Notes under the pieces: model-generated | What the model was told of the DNA's origin: nothing | Seen by the model: the letters and a program-made list of their open reading frames with translations, nothing else | Database searches by the model: none | From: Candidatus Woesearchaeota archaeon | GTDB taxonomy: Archaea; Nanobdellota; Nanobdellia; Woesearchaeales; SKGA01 | Direction of reading: 5' to 3' | Length of the DNA: 64,000 bases | NCBI GenBank assembly: GCA_046543005.1 | Contig: JBKHAG010000001.1 | Coordinates: 1,632-65,631 of the forward strand | In this document: positions 46,061 to 55,534 of the stretch, in pieces | Layout: every line of letters begins with the position of its first letter | How positions within the stretch are numbered: position 1 is the stretch's first letter | Made by a program: the position numbers and the translations under genes

Positions 46061-47287
46061 TTAATAAATTACAGGACATGTTCCTGAAATGTAAAGCTCT
46101 GCATTTGTTTTAGAGAGTTTTGTTGAAGCATCTTTTAATGTTTGAGCAACAGATAACGTCCAACGATTGCTTGATGAACTACTATCTCGTATAGTTTGTA
46201 CATGATCAACAGGACCAGACAAATCACCAACGCCTAAAAGATCTTGACAAACATGGGAAACATGATGTGATTGATTTAGTGTTTTATTATACAATAAGGA
46301 ACTTAGTAAGTAAGATTTTTTTAGGGCTTTATTCATTGTACAACGATACATATTAATGTCTTGACTAAACACTGCGGCAAATAAACTTGCTTTTCCTAAA
46401 TAAGGCGCAGTGTGAGAAGATTCGTACGTGTCAACTTGATCTTCAAAGGAAGCATCATCGGTTTTTTTATCATCAAAAGCTATTGTTGGCCAATTAGTGG
46501 GAACTTGAGAACCACCATAAACACTAACCATTCCTGCACCAAACACGTCTGAAGGAATGAGTGGCTTAATATGCACCACCGTCACATCGTCTGAAGGAAG
46601 CTTGTCAAGTATGGAAAAAACATCTTGTTCTTCAAAGGCAAACACAACATAGTGCGCGTATCGTTGTGAAGAAAGAGCTTCAATATCTGTTTCATCTTCT
46701 ACAATAATTTTTGTGAAATTTGTTGGGAAAACATTTAAAAAATCCCTATATGAAGTCATTAAATGATCTGAAGACGTCTCGGCGTTAGAAGAGATAGTTG
46801 ATTTACTTTGTTGTTCTTGTGAAAACACATATGCAGTATCTTCGTTTGTTGCATATAAAAAAGTTCCCACATCAAAACCCAAAGACCACTTTTCTGTATA
46901 GGTAAATAGTTGATTTCCAACAAGTTCTTTTGGACCGACAATTAAATCATATTTTATTTGGTCAACAACATAGTCATTAAATCGATAATCATAAAATCCT
47001 GCTGAATCGCTACAAGTAAATGCAAGCGTTCCTTGAGGAGTGGCAAATGTTTTAACAGTTGCATCTTTTTGTGCTGAGGAAGTAAAAATTGTTTGAAAAC
47101 TTTTTGCTATTGTTACAGATACTTTTGTTTGTGAAGTTTGTGAGGTTGTATTTATTGTTGTTAAAAAAAATCCAAAAATAATAACGCCAACGATTAATAC
47201 AAATATCCAATTAAATTGAATACTTATTTGACCTTTTTTTGAAGAACGAGAGCGAAAAAAAAGAGTTGAACGGGGTGGTAGTGTCAT
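46061..47287 (-). CDS. Pilin-like protein with class III signal peptide, 408 aa
   Basis: RSSKKG|QISIQFNWIFVLIVGVIIFGFFL. Confidence 0.55.
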   Translation of the reverse strand: MTLPPRSTLFFRSRSSKKGQISIQFNWIFVLIVGVIIFGFFLTTINTTSQTSQTKVSVTIAKSFQTIFTSSAQKDATVKTFATPQGTLAFTCSDSAGFYDYRFNDYVVDQIKYDLIVGPKELVGNQLFTYTEKWSLGFDVGTFLYATNEDTAYVFSQEQQSKSTISSNAETSSDHLMTSYRDFLNVFPTNFTKIIVEDETDIEALSSQRYAHYVVFAFEEQDVFSILDKLPSDDVTVVHIKPLIPSDVFGAGMVSVYGGSQVPTNWPTIAFDDKKTDDASFEDQVDTYESSHTAPYLGKASLFAAVFSQDINMYRCTMNKALKKSYLLSSLLYNKTLNQSHHVSHVCQDLLGVGDLSGPVDHVQTIRDSSSSSNRWTLSVAQTLKDASTKLSKTNAELYISGTCPVIY

Positions 47288-47289
47288 AG

Positions 47290-47865
47290 TTACACCTCAT
47301 TTGTGCTTAAAACAAGCGTTGTTCTTCCTAATCCTTGCATTCGAAATCGCGCGCGACCATTTGTTGCTTGTTTACACAACACAGAAACAGAGCCATCATC
47401 ACCTAAACCATCGTCTTCTTCATCTTCATCTAAAACTATGTAAGAAGAATATCCTAAAGGGTATACAATAGAGTCACTAATTAAAAAAAGATTTGTTGAC
47501 ACGCCTTGCTCTAAAGAACGAAGAATAAGTTTTTTAGAAGACGAAGAAAGATCATATATACCTGTAAGAGAAATGTCAAGTTCATCGTTTGAGTTTCGTA
47601 TATCTGCAATTGTTTGTGCAGAGATAAAACATAAGGTGTGATACTTGCCAGGAAATACCCATTGTTCTTGCGTTACTGAACCATAATCATTATTTCGCTG
47701 TAAAGCGGTTTGTACATCATCAGAAAAACGAATTAAATCAACTAAATCTTTATCTTGCATAACATCATTAACACCTTTAAAACCCACAAAAGATAAAATA
47801 ACAATAATAAAAAGAGCAGCAATGAGAGGAAACAATAATTTTATTTGAGCAGTTTTAGCAAACAT
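47290..47865 (-). CDS. N-terminally anchored pilin-like protein, 191 aa
   Basis: MFAKTAQIKLLFPLIAALFIIVILSFVGF; stop/start abuts neighbours. Confidence 0.4.
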   Translation of the reverse strand: MFAKTAQIKLLFPLIAALFIIVILSFVGFKGVNDVMQDKDLVDLIRFSDDVQTALQRNNDYGSVTQEQWVFPGKYHTLCFISAQTIADIRNSNDELDISLTGIYDLSSSSKKLILRSLEQGVSTNLFLISDSIVYPLGYSSYIVLDEDEEDDGLGDDGSVSVLCKQATNGRARFRMQGLGRTTLVLSTNEV

Positions 47866-50800
47866 TATGTTTTACCCCCTACAACATCTTGATAAAAAGA
47901 AGAAATGTTTTTAGTTTGTATATATCCTTTTTTTGCCAGACGAGACAATACACTTTTTACATCTTCAGAAGTGAGTTTTTCTTGATGTAATAATGCTTTT
48001 AGAAGAGAAAGTAAAGCAGGCGTGTCTGATGCATACACAGGTATTTTTTTAGCAAATAAATGCATAAAAAGGTCTGGGGTGATGTGTCGAGGAACAGTTG
48101 TTGCGTGTTTTGAAAGTTGAGTTTTAGAAACATCTTCTGTGTGAGCTTTGTCAATTAGAGAAGATAATGATTTAAAAGTTTTTGAAGACGGCAAAGGAAT
48201 AGAAGACGAAGTAGGTTGCTTATCAAGACTTATTTTTTCAAGAGATGGTGTATCATCTTCACTTGGACTTTTAGAAACGGCTTTTTTATTTTTTGCTTGA
48301 AAAGAAGGTTTTGAATCAGCATCACCATCATTATCTGAGGAGGATGAAAATGCGCTTAATAAAGATTTTCTTGAAGATGATCGTTCTTGAACTCGTTTAG
48401 ATCTTGTCTCTTCTTGAAGCTGTTTTCTTTTTTGCATAAGTTGAGCATACTTTTGTTGTCGAGCAATTTGTTCTTTTCTTGAGAGTTCTTCTTGGCGTTG
48501 TTGTTGGGCCGTTTGTTGATAAGTTCTTTGCTGTTTATTTTGTTGAGATTTTTCTTTTTGAGAGTGATAAATAAAAGCCACACCGCCAATCATAAACAAC
48601 AATCCTAAAATAATAAACGTAAGTCCTAAAAAAGATATTGATGAGTCAGTGGAGTCGGAGTCTTGAGTGCTATCCCGACAATTTCCTGAAGTTGAGCAAT
48701 ATTCTTCTGGTTTACAATCATCATCGCTCGTACATTCTGCTTCGTATTCACTATATCCTAAAGAAAATTGTTTACTTGCAAATACTTCGTCTCCAAAGTC
48801 ACATACTACAACCCACTGGTTAAATTCTTCTGTTTTATTACTTACAAAAGCAGGATGAGAGCTTGCATCGATTGTTTGTTTGTGGGTCGTACTGTTAGTG
48901 ACTGTAAATGTTTCTAATGACGCAAACCAATCTTGTTTATTTGTTGGATGCGTTGATTCAAAAAGTCCTTGAGTGCAAGTTGCATCGTATGTTGTTTGTA
49001 CTTCTAAGTCAATAGTTTTAGTACTTGAAGATCCTTGACGAGGAGAAATAAGCGTAATATCTTGCTCTGCAATATCGCTTTGAGAAAGTGTAAATGGCGT
49101 TGCAACATCGCTAAGTAAAACGCTACCGTTAGTTTGTAAACCTGCAACATCACTACCTTGATAACAAAATCGCGTATCTGTTGGTGAAGATATTGGCATG
49201 GAGTAACTTGTTGATTGATTAAAGGTCGTGCATGATTCGTTGCTATCTATAAATGAATAAGATACTGTTTGCGTACATCCACTTCCTACATCTGCACAAG
49301 TTGCATTAATAAGATAGCCCGATGGTTGTTCTTGCACATCAAGAGTTATTACTGGAGGCACATCGTCACAATATAAATAATCTGCACTTCTTTGCGTAAC
49401 ACTAAATGATGACGAAGAGCTATTATGTCCTGCGCGATCTTGAGCATACGCAGTTACCACATAGGTGGAATTTATGTTAGTATCAATACTTGAAGGGAAT
49501 TCAAAATCTAACTCATCGTCTGTAAAACTTGTCGTATAATTTTCTAAAAGAAAAGTAGTGTTTTCTTGTTCGTTAATTGAAATAATATATCGCACTGTAT
49601 CATTTATTGGTTCTGCAAAGGTTACTTGCACATCAGAGCCACAATGATTTTTTGTTGAATTAAACACTGGCTGAGCCGGCTCTGTAGTATCAATATAAAA
49701 AGTAAATGTTTTAAAAAATGAATCTGCCGCTAAACAATAAATATCAATTGGATACGCACCATCATCTAAACTTACAGGAAGTTCAAACTCGTGAGTCTCA
49801 TTTAAAGTAGTATTGTTTGTTATATTATCAGCTAATTGTTCATCTTCATAATCAAATACATATTTACATGCTGATAAAGTGTTAGTTTGTAGCGTAAGTG
49901 TTGGTTGTTTTTTTGAAAAATAATATTCTTGAAGATTTGCTCGAAGTGTGGTGTTTAGATGAATTGAAAAATCTTGAACTTTGGATTGTTTATGTCCTGC
50001 TAGATCATAACAAGTTGTATTAAGAGTATAATTATAAGTATCTCCGATAATAAACTCTTGAGAAACAAAATTAAACGCCTTATTATATGAGGAACTAAAA
50101 TCAAAAATACTTGTTGCTTTTTGTCCAGTATACAAATCACTTGTTGGTTGATAATTTGGTGAAGGATTTTGTAAAAAATCATATGAACACAATAATAAAT
50201 CTTGAGATGTTGATACTATTTTTTGAGTGGTAGAAATATTTAAAATATCAAAAATGGTTTGAGGTTGTGCTTGCGAACTAAAACTAACCCCTGAAGAATC
50301 ATACCCTATATAAAAAGGATTTGCATGATATGTATAATCTCCATCTTGGCCTGTTTGACAAAGTAATAAATAATTATTATTTGTTTGAAATGAATCAGAA
50401 GTAAATTCCTTTGCAACTAAATAAGTTTGAGGTTCTAAGTCTGAAACATCATCAGATGAACTTACAACTAATAACTCGTGAGTGTGTGCTTGCTCGTCTT
50501 CTCCTAATTCGTCATCCACACGAATAGAAGTTGGTAAACTAAAAAGGTCTTCTTCATTTAATATTCCTAATTCTAACAACTCATTATTTTCTACTAACCG
50601 ACAACGAGATTCGTGTTCTGTTTGAAAAGTAACATTAAAAGGTGTTTGGTTCCTTACCGCACTGTCTTGAGATTGTGAAGCGTAAAAAGTATTAGCAGGC
50701 GAAGTAATCCATGCATCCATAGGATTTGATTCTACTTCGAATGCTTTAGTAAATGTTTTTTCATTCCCGTCTGTATCTTGTGACGTAAGCTCAAATTCAT

Positions 50801-51086
50801 ACTCTCCATTAAATAAATAAACTTGAGACATACAAGTAAACGAACGATTATAATCATCTTCTTGGACACATTGAGCAGAGTATACCTTTTCTGAATCTAA
50901 AGAAACAATTTCTGAAGCAAGTATGGTAACTGGAGCGTCATGCATTTCAAATTCTACTTCAAAAAAAGGTATTGGCGAATAAGAACTTGCAACTGTTGTT
51001 GAAGCAAGAACAGGCGATAGTGAGAATAAAAGAGCCAAAGCTAAAAAAGAATAAAGCAGTAACTTTTTTTTTAGCTGTGTATTCAC
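47865..51086 (-). CDS. Giant (1073 aa) type I membrane surface protein: signal peptide, large acidic/Cys-containing ectodomain, TM, coiled-coil Q/K/R-rich cytoplasmic tail ending in KKGY..ISSFY motif
   Basis: MNTQLKKKLLLYSFLALALLFSLSPVLAS; TM ISFLGLTFIILGLLFMIGGVAFIY; tail QQRQEELSRKEQIARQQKYAQLMQKRKQ...; C-term LSRLAKKGYIQTKNISSFYQD. Confidence 0.55.
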   Translation of the reverse strand: MNTQLKKKLLLYSFLALALLFSLSPVLASTTVASSYSPIPFFEVEFEMHDAPVTILASEIVSLDSEKVYSAQCVQEDDYNRSFTCMSQVYLFNGEYEFELTSQDTDGNEKTFTKAFEVESNPMDAWITSPANTFYASQSQDSAVRNQTPFNVTFQTEHESRCRLVENNELLELGILNEEDLFSLPTSIRVDDELGEDEQAHTHELLVVSSSDDVSDLEPQTYLVAKEFTSDSFQTNNNYLLLCQTGQDGDYTYHANPFYIGYDSSGVSFSSQAQPQTIFDILNISTTQKIVSTSQDLLLCSYDFLQNPSPNYQPTSDLYTGQKATSIFDFSSSYNKAFNFVSQEFIIGDTYNYTLNTTCYDLAGHKQSKVQDFSIHLNTTLRANLQEYYFSKKQPTLTLQTNTLSACKYVFDYEDEQLADNITNNTTLNETHEFELPVSLDDGAYPIDIYCLAADSFFKTFTFYIDTTEPAQPVFNSTKNHCGSDVQVTFAEPINDTVRYIISINEQENTTFLLENYTTSFTDDELDFEFPSSIDTNINSTYVVTAYAQDRAGHNSSSSSFSVTQRSADYLYCDDVPPVITLDVQEQPSGYLINATCADVGSGCTQTVSYSFIDSNESCTTFNQSTSYSMPISSPTDTRFCYQGSDVAGLQTNGSVLLSDVATPFTLSQSDIAEQDITLISPRQGSSSTKTIDLEVQTTYDATCTQGLFESTHPTNKQDWFASLETFTVTNSTTHKQTIDASSHPAFVSNKTEEFNQWVVVCDFGDEVFASKQFSLGYSEYEAECTSDDDCKPEEYCSTSGNCRDSTQDSDSTDSSISFLGLTFIILGLLFMIGGVAFIYHSQKEKSQQNKQQRTYQQTAQQQRQEELSRKEQIARQQKYAQLMQKRKQLQEETRSKRVQERSSSRKSLLSAFSSSSDNDGDADSKPSFQAKNKKAVSKSPSEDDTPSLEKISLDKQPTSSSIPLPSSKTFKSLSSLIDKAHTEDVSKTQLSKHATTVPRHITPDLFMHLFAKKIPVYASDTPALLSLLKALLHQEKLTSEDVKSVLSRLAKKGYIQTKNISSFYQDVVGGKT

Positions 51087-51116
51087 CCATTCACCTCTTT
51101 TTGTAAAATAAAATAA

Positions 51117-54100
51117 TTATAATCCTTCGTTAGTATCTCCTATCGTTGTTAAAATAATAGTAGGCTCATCAAATGTTGTTTTTCGAAGTCTCATGTTTAC
51201 TGAAACAACTTCTCCTGTGTTGCCTAATTCATCTTCTGCCCACACGTGTAAATGTTTATTTGAGTATTGTTGTGCATTAAATGTAGCCAATTTAGTATAC
51301 TCTTCTTCATCTGAAAAAGAAACAGGGGAACTAGATTCTAAACAATAAGTCGAAGGGTTAAATTCATCGCCTAACGCTAAACCACTACCAACACAATATC
51401 GTATCATTTTGCAACCAGCATGTACAACCTCTGGCTTATCAGTACAATTTACAACAAATGTTCGTTCATCGGCCCAGTGTACCGATTCAGAGTTATCATG
51501 GTAGATTTGCGGAGGCGAATCATCAATCTCAGGATACTCTTCATTAAAATCATCATCTTCATACACAACATCTTTATGATATAGTGTTACTTGAGGTCCT
51601 TCTTTATCAATTACAAAATTAATAGAATCTGCTTCTTGATTTTGTGTTATTGTATCATCTTCAAAGTCACAACTTGTATAATAATGCACATAAGTATTGT
51701 CATTAGTTAAAGTCAAAGGAACACTTGCTGTGTGTGTATATGTTCCATCACTGTTTTGAGAACTTTGATCAAAAGAATACTGTCCTTGAGTTGTTATTTT
51801 TTCTTGGTCAAAAGTACAATTTCCTGGTTGTTGCGTGACAATTGAAAATTCATCCACGTCATCAATTGAAGAGAAAAAGTCTGCGTGAGGACTTGGATTA
51901 GTAATACTTATGTCGCCATCTATGGTAATGCTCGTTGTATTTTCCACAGTATTTCCTGCTTCATCTGTGCAAGACAATTTTGCTTGATACAAACCATCTT
52001 CAAGGTTTTGAATCTGAATAGATTCTTCGCTGGTTTGTTCAAAAAAATAGTGCCAATTATTAGGACTACCCATTTCTTGATTGGATACTTGTAGTTCGCA
52101 AGTAGATGGTTCTGATATCGTAAAATTATATTCTAAAATACTTCTATAAATATCCCCTTGCAAAATTTGTTGCGAATACAGTTCATAAGAAATATCCAAA
52201 TCAGGATTTTGCGTATCTAAATAAATTTTCGCAGTGTTAAGTTCTTCTTTATTTTGAGCATCGTCTTGGGCGTAATAGAGCAACAAATATTCTCCTTGCT
52301 CAACTGCGGATTCTTCATTTTGCTCTTGTAAATCATCAACAAGATCATCAAACGATTGTATTGGATATAATTGATATCCCTCGTCTACACAATCTTGAGC
52401 TCGTTGAAGAATAGGCATTTGAGAACTTTGAGCATCATCGTGTGTTGGTGAATCTGTTTGTGTTTGTTGTCTTTGGCTTAAATCGTATTCAGAATTAACT
52501 TCATCATCAGGAGGCGTATTTTCTTCTTGTGTTAGATCTTCTTGATGTTCAACAAGTAAATTCCTACAGGATAAAGAATCTGTTGTAATAGGAATTAAGC
52601 TAGCATATAATTTAAGACCCTTATCAGAAAACACATTATCAGAAATAGTATAGTCTAAATTTTCAAGTGTTTGTAAACTATATGTTGGTAAATTATTTGA
52701 GTTTTGATTAGTGTTAAGAACTAATTTTGTTCTTGGAGCACTATTATCTGTATAACAAAGTTCATCACTTGAAGACCGACAATCATCTTTAGTTACTCTT
52801 TCTAATTGTTCGTTAGTATTTTTTACACAATAGCCTTCTTGAGAAGTATCTCCTGTTTGAATCCATTGACATGTTGTATAATTAAAATAATCATTACTTT
52901 CTTGAAGTTGTTTATTTGTCCCTAAAACTGCTTCATCGTTAGCATACAAAATATCAAAGGAAGAATTTTTAGCCAAAGAAAGTTTTCCTACACAATCTTC
53001 TTTAGTGTCATAAAAAAAACAACCCATGTCTTCTTTATCAATACAATTTGAATAATAAGTATCACGAGAAATTCCTAAAATATCTTTTGCAACAATTTTT
53101 TCTTTATCTGTGTCTTCTTCATTAGTATCTGCAAATAATCCTCGCTGGTTAAAATAACAATTTTCTCCATACGCTTGACAAACCAACTCATCAGCATAAC
53201 CAGTCACAGAATCATCTGCTAAAAAACAATCTTGTTGAGTAACATTTGTTGGTCGACAAACCCCCGTTTTTAAATCATCATCAATAACAGACCATTCACA
53301 TCCCGAATCGTGATTTTCTTCGTCTGTAAATTTATAACAACTATCCACTTCACAAGAATCTTTGTTTGTATAATCATAACAAGTTTGTATATTATTACAA
53401 GTAGAATATACTTTTTGTGTAGCAAATGGCGAATCAATATAACAAAGTCCTTCACCGTTAGAAACATCAGGACCTGAACCTTCCAAATAGACTAAATCTG
53501 AACAACTTGTTTTTTTACCATCATACATCACGTCTAAATCATAATGACCAAAAAGTCCAAAAAAACCATTGCACGCAACACATGGAGCTTTAGGTTTACA
53601 TTCGGCACCAACATCTGTACTTGTTTCTACGCAAGTTTCATCAGCATCACATTCTTGTCCAAATAAAGATAAATTTACCAAACCTTCATCATTTTTACAA
53701 GATTGCGGAGCGTAGGTTCCTGAGGTAGTTTCTAAACAATTTTTTCCCCCAACATGAGAGGTCATACAATATTCAACACCTGTATTAAAGCAAGGAAGTT
53801 TTTCTTCATCTTCAAAGGCGCAACGAATATTGCCAGCATCATCTTCTAAGCACACATTATAACAATAAGAGGTCTCTGGCTTAAGTTTATTTTCAAAAGT
53901 ATATGTATATACATCATTTGGAGAAGAAAACAAATCACTTCCCGAAATTTGTTGAGTATATGACGTCCCCCCACAATGGCCTTCAGAACCGGATTCTTCA
54001 CACATCATAACTTCATAACTAACAACATCTGATTTACAAGCGTCTTGAATTTTCCAACGAAGTTCAACATTGTTTGTTCCCTGTTCATACCATATTCCTG

Positions 54101-55385
54101 TTTGGTTTTCTTCAGGTAATCTATTTTGAGCAGAATATATAGAAAAAACATTTTTTGTTAAATCTTGTTCACTAAATAAAGGAGTGTTTAAAAATATTGG
54201 TTTGTTTTCTACACATTCACCACCACACACATAAATATTATTTTCACAATCGCTAGGACAGTTTTCACAATCAGATAGAGTGCATATACCATCACAATTA
54301 GGAAGGCAATTCGAAAAATCATAAGCACAACCAGAACAAGCCACTTCACCATCATCGTCTTGACTAAATTGTGAAAACAAATTACAACTAAGATTATCTA
54401 AAGGGTCTTCAGACTCTCCCCTTGGGTCAACAAAAAAAGGTTCACCATCTACTATTTCACACTGTTCGCCTGTTGCTTGTAATTGATTATCACCGCATTG
54501 ACTACTTGTTGTTTGAGGCGCGCAAGTTTGAACTTCAGAGGGTTTATTTTCATTATTATCACATGTTTGATTTTCTCTCCAAACAGTCCTATTTTGTATC
54601 CAAGCACCTGCAACTTCTTTACAATCACTCCAATCAGAATAATTCCACACAGGATTACATACTTCGCGTTTATATAAACAATCCAAGGTAAAATTTAATT
54701 TAGCGTCTTCATGTAATGATTGCGTATGCGTTAAGGAAGTACACTGATATAAAACCTCATCGTATACAAATGTTCCATCAGTAGAAGCGATAATTTCAAA
54801 TTCATTTTGACCATCCATAATTCCTGGAACTTCATTTATGTGATAAAATCCCTCATCGTCAGCTTCAACAGGGCTACTAATGGAGCCTTCAATTATCATT
54901 GCACCTTCTAAAGAAACGACCTCATTTCCTGCAAGATCAGGGTTATTAACAAGATTTGCAAAAATATAACCAGATACATCATGATAATTATCTTGAGAAG
55001 TAGGATTACACACTACGTCACAAGTAAGTGAATCTCCAAGAGATTTAAATTCATACTCTTCATCAGCGCTTTGACTTGCTGCTTCACAATATTTTTTAAA
55101 AATTTGTGTAGAGTCTTCACCAAAAGATTTTGGTTGAGTACCATCACAACAACAACCAGTTTCAAAACCTTCAGACAATAAAATAGCTTCATCAAGAGTT
55201 GTAGCATCCTGAACATCAACAGGTAAAAAACCAGAAGAACACTCTCCCTCGTCTAAATTAACAAGATAATCGGATGAAGAACTAACAGGACCTAAACAAA
55301 ACTCATCTGCTAATACATTTGAAGATAAACTAATTACAAAAATTGCAATACATAAAACCAGGAATAATTTTTTCATACTCAACAC
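51117..55385 (-). CDS. Giant (1422 aa) secreted Cys-rich acidic protein (putative adhesin)
   Basis: Signal peptide MLSMKKLFLVLCIAIFVISLSSNVLA; >90 Cys, very D/E/S/T/N-rich; no TM after signal. Confidence 0.5.
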   Translation of the reverse strand: MLSMKKLFLVLCIAIFVISLSSNVLADEFCLGPVSSSSDYLVNLDEGECSSGFLPVDVQDATTLDEAILLSEGFETGCCCDGTQPKSFGEDSTQIFKKYCEAASQSADEEYEFKSLGDSLTCDVVCNPTSQDNYHDVSGYIFANLVNNPDLAGNEVVSLEGAMIIEGSISSPVEADDEGFYHINEVPGIMDGQNEFEIIASTDGTFVYDEVLYQCTSLTHTQSLHEDAKLNFTLDCLYKREVCNPVWNYSDWSDCKEVAGAWIQNRTVWRENQTCDNNENKPSEVQTCAPQTTSSQCGDNQLQATGEQCEIVDGEPFFVDPRGESEDPLDNLSCNLFSQFSQDDDGEVACSGCAYDFSNCLPNCDGICTLSDCENCPSDCENNIYVCGGECVENKPIFLNTPLFSEQDLTKNVFSIYSAQNRLPEENQTGIWYEQGTNNVELRWKIQDACKSDVVSYEVMMCEESGSEGHCGGTSYTQQISGSDLFSSPNDVYTYTFENKLKPETSYCYNVCLEDDAGNIRCAFEDEEKLPCFNTGVEYCMTSHVGGKNCLETTSGTYAPQSCKNDEGLVNLSLFGQECDADETCVETSTDVGAECKPKAPCVACNGFFGLFGHYDLDVMYDGKKTSCSDLVYLEGSGPDVSNGEGLCYIDSPFATQKVYSTCNNIQTCYDYTNKDSCEVDSCYKFTDEENHDSGCEWSVIDDDLKTGVCRPTNVTQQDCFLADDSVTGYADELVCQAYGENCYFNQRGLFADTNEEDTDKEKIVAKDILGISRDTYYSNCIDKEDMGCFFYDTKEDCVGKLSLAKNSSFDILYANDEAVLGTNKQLQESNDYFNYTTCQWIQTGDTSQEGYCVKNTNEQLERVTKDDCRSSSDELCYTDNSAPRTKLVLNTNQNSNNLPTYSLQTLENLDYTISDNVFSDKGLKLYASLIPITTDSLSCRNLLVEHQEDLTQEENTPPDDEVNSEYDLSQRQQTQTDSPTHDDAQSSQMPILQRAQDCVDEGYQLYPIQSFDDLVDDLQEQNEESAVEQGEYLLLYYAQDDAQNKEELNTAKIYLDTQNPDLDISYELYSQQILQGDIYRSILEYNFTISEPSTCELQVSNQEMGSPNNWHYFFEQTSEESIQIQNLEDGLYQAKLSCTDEAGNTVENTTSITIDGDISITNPSPHADFFSSIDDVDEFSIVTQQPGNCTFDQEKITTQGQYSFDQSSQNSDGTYTHTASVPLTLTNDNTYVHYYTSCDFEDDTITQNQEADSINFVIDKEGPQVTLYHKDVVYEDDDFNEEYPEIDDSPPQIYHDNSESVHWADERTFVVNCTDKPEVVHAGCKMIRYCVGSGLALGDEFNPSTYCLESSSPVSFSDEEEYTKLATFNAQQYSNKHLHVWAEDELGNTGEVVSVNMRLRKTTFDEPTIILTTIGDTNEGL

Positions 55386-55534
55386 CCTTTTTTGATAGTG
55401 ATAAAGCTACATCTTTACAAGACACACCTGTTGGTTTTAAAGAATGACTCTTTATAAATATTTCGTGTAAAGAGGATAAAAATAAGTAATTAAAACAAAA
55501 ACCTGGCCAGCCCTATCCTGTTACAACAAATCAA

